Below are positions 49,046 through 64,000 of a stretch of 64,000 bases of DNA, piece after piece (the first letter of the stretch is position 1; each line of letters begins with the position of its first letter). The position numbers were made by a program, and so were the translations under genes. Below the pieces are notes generated by a model. That model was not told the origin of the DNA. It did no database searches and saw only the letters and a program-made list of their open reading frames with translations. This DNA is from Chrysomallon squamiferum (Eukaryota; Animalia; Mollusca): NCBI GenBank assembly GCA_012295275.1, contig CM022673.1, forward strand, positions 27,590,001 through 27,654,000. The letters are read 5' to 3'.

Positions 49046-49414
49046 CGATTTAATTCCGGGACTGAAAATGGAGGACCCGGAGAAGTGTGTATTGTGACAA
49101 CCGTTCTTTGCGTTCTGTTGTTACGTGAAACGGGATTTGTCAACGGAACAGACTCGTGTGTGAAAACAGGACCCTGCTCGTGCAAAAGCTCACAGGGGAC
49201 GATAGATCTGAGTCCTCTCGCTTCCGAGGGATCTGCTAGGTAAGTTGTGTACAGTTTCTTCAGAGAAGGTATATTTGACGGAAGGGTAGCTTTACTGTTG
49301 TTGTTGTTGCTGTTGTTGTTGTTGTTGCTGCTGCTGCTGCTGTTGTTGATATTATTATTATTGTTATGATTCTTGTTGTTGTTATTATTATTATTATTAT
49401 TATTATTCATAGAA

Positions 49415-49457
<43 letters not shown>

Positions 49458-49630
49458 CTGATATTATTTTCATTGTTGTTGTTGTTCTTATTATTATTAT
49501 TGTTACTATTATTACTACTACTACTACTCTTACTACTGCTACTACTACTACTACTACACTACTACTACTACACTACTACTGCTACTACTGCTAACATTAC
49601 TACTACACTACTACTACTACTACTACTACA

Positions 49631-49665
<35 letters not shown>

Positions 49666-50099
49666 GGTGTTGTTGTTGTTGTTGTTGTTGTTACTGTTAC
49701 AGGTTTTCAGATATCTTTGCCTCGGGTTCGCAATGGAGATATTCTTGGAATCCCTGCAAAACATTCACTGAAGGAACATGTGACAACGTAGCTGTAAGTT
49801 TTATTTTTTGTTACCTTTTTTAATTTTCAAATAAAAATAAAAATAATAATACAGTTGTACTAGTCAAACTAGTAGCTCTGGAAGTAGTAACAGTAGTAGT
49901 AATTGTTGTTGTTGTACTAGTAGAACTAATTATAACAACAACAGTATAATAATAATTATAATAATAAAAAGGATAGTAATAATACTAATGGACAGACATC
50001 GTTAATATCATAAGAAGTTTATCATTTATCTAACTAAAGTTTATAGTCCATTTCGAGCGCATTAAGGCAATGAATTAAACGATTACGTATTTAATTACA

Positions 50100-50570
50100 T
50101 AATGAAATAATGTTATCTTATGTAAATATAAACACTGAATACAATGTTCAGTGAAGTAAGTATAACAAACAATTAAAATAAATTTCAGAGGAGTACATGT
50201 AATATAAAGTATCAACATAATGTTGATTGAAGTAAATGTAACAAATGTTCAGAGAGGTAAATATTACATAAATAATTAAAATAATGTTCACTGAAGTATA
50301 TGTAAAATAAGTAATTAAAATAATATTCAGTGAGGTAAATATTACATAAATAATTAAAAATAATGTTCACTGAAGTCTATGTAACAAGTAATTAAAATAA
50401 TATTCAGTGAGGTAAATATTACATAAGTAATCAAAATAATGTTCAATGAAGTAAATATTACATAAATAATTAAAAATAATGTTCACTGAGGTAAATAGTA
50501 CATAAGTAAATAGTACATAAGCAATTAAAATGATGTTAATAGAGGTAAATATTGATAAATAATAAAAATG
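50100..50570. repeat. Same minisatellite in intron 2 of copy C
   Basis: Same unit as 42640-43215 with a different copy number; absent from copy D. Confidence 0.85.
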
Positions 50571-50824
50571 TTTTGTTTTATGAATAGGCCTGTCAGTCTA
50601 GTTCGAGTGGACTGTACTATAACATTGGTACACAAGATTCAGCTAAGTTTGGTGTAGACTCCACTACTGGACATGTCACTTTGTCCTACAGCGCTCAGCA
50701 AACTGGATTTACACGGTAAAGTAGTGATAATATCAAAAATACTGAACAGACATTTCTAAATGTTGTGTGTGATTTTGTCCATTGTCTGTTCGGTAAAACA
50801 GAAGTGCAGAGATGACTTCAGTTT

Positions 50825-50977
50825 CATGTCATAGGCGTTGCAACAGAAACGCAGGTATACGCACGCACAAACAGACCATGAAATTTATAATTTATATATA
50901 TATATTATAAATTATAAATTTCATGGTCTGTGTGTGCGTGCGTATACCTGCGTTTATGTTGCAATGCATATGACATG
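50825..50977. repeat. Near-perfect inverted repeat (hairpin) in intron 3 of copy C
   Basis: Arms of about 72 bp (CATGTCATAGGCGTTGCAACAGAAACGCAGGTATACGCACGCACAAACAGACCATGAAATTTATAATTTATA) with 4 mismatches around a short TA-rich loop. Confidence 0.9.
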
Positions 50978-51247
50978 TATATTGAGTATATATTCATGCA
51001 TATCTAGACACATAGATACATTCATTCACATACATATATGTATACTGTATGTGTGTATACTTAGATATACATATACAGAAACACACATATACTGACAAAC
51101 GTACGCACACACATACATATACACATATACAAGTATTATCCACGTTATTATTATCGGCTAAAACATTAGTCAGTTGCAATGTATGCTGTCAGTAACAGAT
51201 GTATGTGCATAATTAACAATCAGTCAATCAAACAAACAAACAAACAA

Positions 51248-51298
<51 letters not shown>

Positions 51299-52049
51299 AC
51301 TTCTGTGGGAATCGTAATGAAATGTTACCTGATTTTTTTTCGTCGTTTATTTCAGAACATCAACAATTGATCTTACCTGTGATGAAAACGAGGTAGGAAC
51401 TTTTACTTACACCAAAGAAGACCCGCCATATAGTGGAAATTTTGTAAGTGTAACAATAGTTTAACAGATTTTAAATAAAAGAAAATACTTTTAAAAATAA
51501 ACTAAATTACTACAAACAGTAAACACAACCAATAAATAAATAAAATAAAATAAAATAAAATAAAACAAAACAAAACAAACAAACAAACCAAAAAAAAAAT
51601 ATTTAAAAGATAGAAAAAAAAATTAGAAAAAAATTAAGAATAATCATTTCTACAGGGGAAATATTTATAATTGTATCAATGTTTTATTTAGTATAAATAG
51701 AAACCTAATATGTTACTAACGCTTTTTATGCTTCAGTAATTATGTCACCGCCGTTAGTATATTAATACCTGTTTCGCGGAAGAAGCATAAAACATATAAT
51801 AGTAATCGTTACGATGTTTGTGTGTGTGTGTCTTTGTGTGTGTGCGTGCGTGTGTACGTGCGTGCATGCGTCATTATATTGTCTAACGCGATTTTCGTTG
51901 TGTTTTTCAGTGCGATAGTGCGCTGTATTAATATTTATGAAACAGTGATGTTGTTTGATATGCTAGGCCACTTCATTCATGAAACAATACATTTTTATTT
52001 CGGCACAGTCTTGCTATTGATAAATTTTATTAAGTTCATTCTACTGCTC

Positions 52050-52571
52050 TAGGGCCGGATTCACGTTTCATAAAGTTCAGTTTATAAAGAACAAAGCAAT
52101 CGATTTTAGATATGGGGCGTGTACGCAGAACCGAACCAGCCTATCTGGCCCCCATAGGCGCCCCCACCCCCAGGAAAATATCAGTTTCAAAATTTATAAA
52201 CAATATTTTTTGAACATTCTATTTTCAACATCTTGTGCGATCTCTAGCGTCAAGATTTTTTTCCGTCGCAAACATAAAGTTCATTTCTTTTGTTGTTTAT
52301 AACCAGTAAAATAAGCAGTTACCGCGAACGTAATTACGTCTGAAAGTTTCGTTGTTCGCGTGATTTTCAGTCACTCATTTTGGTTGTTCCTGTCAGACTG
52401 AATCTACCCGATTATTTGTCCCTGGGTTGAAATCGACAAGGATGAAAAAAAAAAAAAAAAAAAACCTCAATGAAACTGAAATTTATTTATTTATTTTTTA
52501 AATGTGTTGTTGATTTGGAGAAATGCGTCCTAAGTAGACTGCCTAGTTTGCCTGTATGGTATATCCGGCCA
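52050..52571. mobile_element. Possible MITE-like insertion in intron 4 of copy C
   Basis: Short inverted ends AGGGCCGGAT and ATCCGGCCATG with a GC-rich internal patch. Only the left part is retained in D (about 60699-60770), and it is absent from B. No clear TSD. Confidence 0.35.
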
Positions 52572-52680
52572 TGCGCGTAAGTATACATTTTCGAATATAA
52601 GTAAGATGGAAACATGAAAATAATCCGCAGATCAGCTTCAGTTGTTGACTCATCAGCAACACCGATTGAATTGAAGTTGA

Positions 52681-52738
<58 letters not shown>

Positions 52739-52946
52739 CATAATACAGTCGAACCGTTTAAACATCGGTTTTGACCAGATACTAGAACAAATATATAATT
52801 GTTTTGAAAACTAGTCTACTGTCCGTTTATTATAGTATACGTTATGTTTCACTGCTGTAGACAGTAAGCTTCAGTCAGGAGTTCTTAGTTGTTTCAATAG
52901 GTTTTCAGTTTATGAATACATATAGGTAAAATTAGGTTTATATATA

Positions 52947-52981
<35 letters not shown>

Positions 52982-53030
52982 GTGTATGTATGTATGTATG
53001 TATTTATATATATATGTATGTATGTATGTA

Positions 53031-53066
<36 letters not shown>

Positions 53067-53181
53067 TGTATGTATGTATGTATGTATGTATGTATGTATG
53101 TATGTATGTATGTATGTATGTATCTAAGTATCCTGGGCGTTTATTAATTAATTCATTAATTAAATTATTAATTTATTGTTG

Positions 53182-53242
<61 letters not shown>

Positions 53243-53344
53243 CTGACCGTTCACGCGGGGTTCTGCAACTATTTAACTGATTGCACTAATAATAGTAATA
53301 ATAATAATAATAATAACAATAATAATAATAATAACAATAATAAC

Positions 53345-53397
<53 letters not shown>

Positions 53398-54340
53398 TAA
53401 CAGTAATAATAATAAAATGAAGAAGAAGATTATCAAGCTCAGTGGTATTATCATCATCATTATAATTATATCTATTGCTCGTGCAGTTTCTAATTGAGAA
53501 ACAAAAGCTTAAAATACTCAAGTTATTAGTGCTTGCAGGCGTTATACGCTCTAATAGTTTTTATTCAGATGTTTTATTTTTCAGTTTTTTACACTAACTA
53601 GTAAATATGCGTGTCCCGGGACAGTCGAAAGTTCAAGTATTTCATTTGGAAGTATACTGTGTATTGTGTAAGTAATAATAATACCGATATGCTATTTCTT
53701 TTAATACTAATCTTAATAAAACGTATATAATAATATTGTATATTTCAGTTTGTCCCTTTTATTAATTAGCATAATAACGCTGAACTATTTGAATGCACAC
53801 ATTTCTTCATTTCATCATCATCATCATCATAATCATCATTATTATTGTTGTTTGTTAATTTATTTATTTTATTTTATTTTATTTTTTTCTATTTACTTCT
53901 CTCTGATAAATAACAAATGATCTGATTTTGAACTAGGTTGACATTAAATATTAACTAATTCACGTAACACACATACGCACGCACACACGCGCACACAGTC
54001 CCAGAAAATACGTACGTTTTTATTATTTTTGTTTTGTTTTATTTGGCATGTATAACAGCCTACATTTTGTTTTTTGTTTTGTTGTCAGACTTTTTTCTGT
54101 CATCTTCGTGTACGTGATTATTGGAATATCTTACCTAACTTTCGTACGTAAAGCGTCAGGGAAGGAAAAGATACCCAACTACAGTTTCTGGTCATCATTA
54201 CCTGGCCTTATTCGAGTGAGTGACTTTTAGAAACAATTTTTCAGTTTGTTTTGTTCTGGAGACTGCAGAGGTCTTTTATTTATATATTTATTTGAAATTT
54301 GTTTATATATAATTTAATTTAATTTAATTATTATTATTAT

Positions 54341-54399
<59 letters not shown>

Positions 54400-54461
54400 T
54401 TATTACTACTACTACTACTACTACTTACTATTACTATTATTACTACTACTACTACTACTAT

Positions 54462-54553
<92 letters not shown>

Positions 54554-55751
54554 TTATTATTATTAGTTTGTGAATGTACGGTGAATGAGTTTAGGCGAAC
54601 GTCGGTGCATGGTTGGATGGACTGATGATGTCTGGATGTGATGATGACGTGTTTGATAAGTTGTTTTATTAGATTTTTTAATTTTTATTGTCATGTTTTC
54701 TTTTTCAGGACGGTGTTCTGTTTACCGTGAAGCGTGGGAAGAGTAGTACTTATGATAAGATTTAAAGAAACTGAATCTGTACCAAAGCATCATGTTAAAA
54801 ATTCAAATAAGTCCTGATATGTCGAGTTGTTACAACATTACAATGTTGAAGTTTCAGTTTTGACACGATTAGCACAAGCTTGGCAGCACTATGTAAAAAT
54901 ACTCGGTAGACAACAAAACAAAACAAACAAAAAAACCCAACAACAACAACAACAACAACAAAAGCTGGACAGGAGGAATGATGTTGTCTCCGAATTTTCT
55001 TTTTTCAGTGATGTTTAAAATATTTTTGTTTATAAAATACATTGTAATTTCTATTACTCAGTATCAAGTATTTTATTCACTCCCAACATACATTTTAAAT
55101 TATATTTATAAAATCCATATAAAAGATACAGAAGCTATTATGGAAATGAGTTGAATAAATTATGAATGAATGATTAATGATACCATAGCTTATTTTAATA
55201 TTAGCTGTTATTAGTATATAGTTATTGTAATGATAAAGTAAAATTTCAGCTGTCAGTATAGAAATAAAGTTCCTTCTCAGTGACAGAACACAACACTCTT
55301 ATTTATATACTTAATTATCCATTTACATACTTACTAACATATTTCATTTATTTCGTCTTAGTTGGATATGATAGTCTGTGCTCGGAACTGTCACAGAATT
55401 TTTTTTATTATTTAGAATAGAGAGAAACGCTGATCTAACCAGTGTAAAAGAACACAACAAAATGACAGTTAATTGTTCGTTGGGTGAAAACATTTCAGAA
55501 ATGTGTACAGAGATTCAATAACGTTCTAACGTACGGAAGAAATCGTCTATAAGAAAGAACAACAACGTTATTCTCACAAAAGAAGTCCCGTGTTTTTTTT
55601 AGGCTGCTGGTGATTTGCAAACTATGGCCGTGTTTGCTCTGCTGCATTTCTGGTTCATCCACCCGTAACCTGCACTGGATGTAAGCACCTTGACTCACTG
55701 ACCTTTACGTAGTTTACTCACTCCGTAACCGGGTGTCCAGTTCATGTACAT

Positions 55752-56219
55752 CGGGGTGGGGCGGGCGAACTGAGGCCCTCAGGCGAAGGTTTATTGTCCG
55801 GCCCGCGAGACAGCAAAATAAAAGTCAGTGAAATAAAGTCAGTCGACACAGCTATTTGTTTTATTTCAAGTCGCACTCAAGTTTAAAATTGAAGGCGTCT
55901 TGAAGGCGGTCGAATCAATAGTGCCCCCATCCGAATTTTGAATGGCTGCTTGCTTCACTCAGTTCAAAATATACAAACTATATCATATTCTTCGCTTGTC
56001 TACAACACAATTAAGCCTGACACTGAATCGCTGCTTCATGGTATGCAACAACATCCATCTCATTTAACTCTTCTAACATTCGTTAAATAGTGAATTTATT
56101 GTTTAAATAAAACACACGTTTTGAAATCTTTTTTGTTCTCATTTCATATTCTGGCCCTCATGCTCCTCCTATAAGATCCATCCGGCCGACCCCCGTTTTA
56201 AAACGTTTGCCCGCCCCTG
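55752..56219. mobile_element. hAT (Buster/Charlie-type) non-autonomous element, 468 bp
   Basis: Perfect 8-bp target-site duplication ATGTACAT (55744-55751 and 56220-56227) with a central TA. TIRs GGGGCGGGCGAAC and GTTTGCCCGCCCCTG, plus subterminal GGCCC motifs. Confidence 0.8.
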
Positions 56220-57407
56220 ATGTACATCATCGCAGTCCCAGTTTCGAAAGCGTCAGTTTTATTGTTGTATTTGTACCCTAGAAAAGAAAGAAATCGTTTA
56301 TTGAACATCTTAATGCGATGTGGACACTCTTCTCCGTTGAAAACATCTAAATTACACATATTTTTGATACAGCTGTAGTGAAGTGTATGTGAAAAGAATA
56401 CGATTTTGTCGAATATGATTTAATTGGAACTGTTATGGTTGTGTTTTGTAAGCCAGGTAAAAAAAAAGAAGCCATATACTGAACATCTTAATGCACAGTG
56501 AATTAAAGTTTTATTACAGAGAATCTACCCCACTGAATACTGCTATAATATAAAACAATTTTCCGTTACTGAAACTGCACATTTGATCATCTAAATGGTA
56601 TCATTTTAGCTCGAATATGGCTAACTCGAAGCAAATCGAACGTGAAATTAAAAACCGTTTTTGTACAAATCGTTGTTAAACATTGATTAAACTGCACACT
56701 ATGTTCGTAACGTATTGCATCGTCTAAACACATCACATAATCCGTTTAACTGTAGAAGTACTTTTTTAGTTGTTTTTTCTAATAACCAGTACAGAATTAC
56801 ATTTATTTAATGTTTTTAAAAAAAATATAAAATTTGAATCCTTTTAACCTTGTACATACCTTAAGAAGAGAGAGAAAGAGACAAACACACACACACAGAG
56901 AGAGAGACAGACAGACAGAGAGAGAAGAGACAGAGAGACAGCGAGAGACAGATACAGAGACAGAGAGAGACAGATACAGAGACAGACAGAGACAGAGAGA
57001 GACAGAAAGACAGAGATAGGTTTTATTAAGTAAACTTGCCTAAAAGCACGGAGGGTTTCCACTGCACGTTCAAAGTTTTCACCAGATCGCCGAGGAATTT
57101 GTTTTCATCTTTGTCATCAACAGTTACAATACTACTGATACCCCTGAACAAATATTTTTACACATTCATTTTCAATATACGCTTATTTAGAAGGTGCAAA
57201 AATGTGTGCATTGTTCGCCGTATTCGTCATACATATGCGTTTATTTTCAGTTCAAGTTAGTGACTGAATAACGTTTAACAAGTATTTTTATAAAACTTGT
57301 TTTTGTTTGTTTTTTTGTAATTCTTTTAAACATAAGAATAAATAAATTCAAAGGAAAAAAAAGTAATAATAGTAATAATAATAATAGTAATAGTAATAAT
57401 AATAAAA

Positions 57408-57462
<55 letters not shown>

Positions 57463-57632
57463 TCCCATTGTCTGGATTAATAGTTGAAGCTGTAGGAAAA
57501 AAACAGTAACATTGTCACTGTTTGTTTTATTTTTTTTAAATTTCACTACTTTAAACATTTCACAATCACGATTGAAGCCACGTGCACCATAATGTATAAA
57601 ACATGCACGCACACATACACAAACACGTGTAC

Positions 57633-57683
<51 letters not shown>

Positions 57684-57970
57684 TACATACCCAGACACCC
57701 ACCCACACATACATACAAAGCTACTCAGTGATATATTTAGACGAGACTTTAGTGCATATCAGCTTTCAGCACTCGCGGTCCAGTTAGAAAATAACCGAAC
57801 AATACAAATGTACCCTCCTTGTATCGCTGTTCGAATTAGGACTCGTTGTCGTTTTGTCATCCCACCCTACCCCGCTTCGTCAGTCATTCAGCACGCAAAT
57901 CACAAGGCAGTGAGTCTCGCATAATGCATGTTCTTACGTTTGCACGAGTGATATAATACCGGGATTCACA

Positions 57971-62589
<4,619 letters not shown>

Positions 62590-64000
62590 AGATATTGGAA
62601 ACTGTATCTAAGCATCGGCAGTTAAACTATAAGTGATATTTAGCTGTTTTTGACTTAAGAATTCAAACAAGTCCTGACATATCGACGAGTTCTTAGCACA
62701 TTACAATGCAGTTCTGAGACTGTTAGGGGCAAAAATGGGAGCACTATGATAAGATACTCGACAGCAAACAAAAAGAGCACTGAAAAGTTCTAAATGTCTC
62801 GACACGAGGAGTGCTGGCCTTTCCGATTTTTCATTTTTCAGTGATGTTTAAAATATTGTTGTTTATAAAATTTATTGCAATTTCTATTACACAGTGTCAA
62901 GTATTTTATTCACTCAACATACGTTTTTAATTGTATTTGTAAAATCGACATAAAAGAATTGAGTTGAATACATTATGAATGAATGCTTATTTTTTTAACT
63001 GTTATTAAAGCTCAAATATTTAGTTATTGCAGTGACAAAAATAACCTTCATCCGTCAAGATTTGAATCAAAAATTCCTTCTCGTTGAGAGAACTCAAATC
63101 GTGTATTTACTTACTTACGAATTTAATTTGTATGAAATTAGACCAAGTGGATGAAGTTCCAGTGTTTCAATTTACATCATTAACTGTATCAGTTCAGCTT
63201 TCATATATAAACAGATAAATGAGTGAGAAACAAAAGCAAAAACAAAACAACTTTCAGTATTTTTAATTACAGTTAACGTACATAATATCAGTATATAACA
63301 ACAACAGATAACTGTGATATAAGATTTAATTCACTTTGTGTATATTATGATGAATACTTCATCAGTGTATAATTAAACGATGTGCGTTTGTCGTAAATGC
63401 ATATATCCAACATGAAATATAACATGCGTATGAGAGAATACTGTATTTCTGACAGTAAAAAAATAATAAAATAAAAATATACAAAACTATAGTGAAATTT
63501 TTTCAACATTAGTATGGAATGAATTTCTATTTACTGATATCACCATTTTGAAATTTAATACTTGTGATTCTTTTTCTGACACTATTGAGCCAAACAGTGT
63601 CGAAAATTGATGAATTACACAAAAATCATTTGTTTCTCCACGGGTGTGAACTATACTTCTCGGACTAAATTACAAAATAAAACAGTTGTGTTGTAACTAT
63701 ATCAATAGCTATAAACACATTCACCGAAGCTATTATGAATCTATTTTGGGTCTCTTTATTACAATATCAACTCTTGCGTTTCAGAAGCCATTTTGATTTT
63801 AACTTATGTCACAATTTGTTTTTCATTTCATAAGCTATTATTAACTGAACCATTTTAATTTCGTCAGCTTTTTCACTACCTTTTTTTTTTTGGAATTCGA
63901 TGTACGAGGACAAGCCACTTAACAAGCAGTGAAAATTAATAATACGGTTAGGAACATATTTCAGAGACGCGCATACAGAAATGAAGAGACTAACGTACAA

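Larger units (their letters stand above)
49068..54765 (+). pseudogene. Copy C: CD-M6PR/ATG27-like paralogue with a 1-nt deletion in codon 4 (young pseudogene, null allele or consensus error)
   Basis: Exons 49068-49239, 49703-49793, 50588-50715, 51356-51443, 53585-53667, 54089-54215, 54709-54765. ATGGAGGACCCGGA versus ATGGAGGACCTCGGA in B gives MEDPEKCVL-stop (TGA 49095-49097). All other exons and splice sites are intact, ending YDKI-stop. Confidence 0.75.

Noticed and set aside
49015-49410. 131-aa minus-strand ORF and the GTG-started ORF 49019-49243
   Set aside because: The first is antisense to copy C exon 1 plus (TTA/TTG)n. The second has no ATG and reflects the frameshift.
41755-54765. 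Copies B and C as two alleles of one gene
   Set aside because: Exons 2-3, the intron insertions and the 3' flanks differ substantially, and C shares blocks with D that B lacks. Not fully excluded without read depth.

Overview
AT-rich, intron-containing and very microsatellite-dense animal DNA. It is probably molluscan, inferred from MetaSINE-like remnants and gene content. Almost all ORFs in the supplied track are simple-repeat artefacts; the real genes appear only after splicing short GT-AG exons by hand. (1) 27044-32736 (+): 12 coding exons of a class B1 (secretin-family) GPCR most like parathyroid hormone receptors. Several conserved polar signalling residues are replaced, no signal-peptide exon is evident, and a CRE-rich 26 kb region lies upstream. 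(2) 36361-62589 (+): four tandem 7-exon paralogues (A-D) encoding single-MRH-domain type I membrane proteins of the CD-M6PR/ATG27 family. A keeps the canonical mannose-binding residues and a C-terminal YDKI motif. B-D have a remodelled pocket. C has a 1-nt deletion in codon 4. D has an extra Cys motif, an acidic-to-basic charge reversal, a frameshift just before the transmembrane helix and a decayed tail. This array is the best candidate for an undescribed system. Several non-autonomous DNA transposons, SINE remnants, minisatellites and an intronic hairpin are also present. All calls come from manual reading and remembered family motifs; no searches were run.
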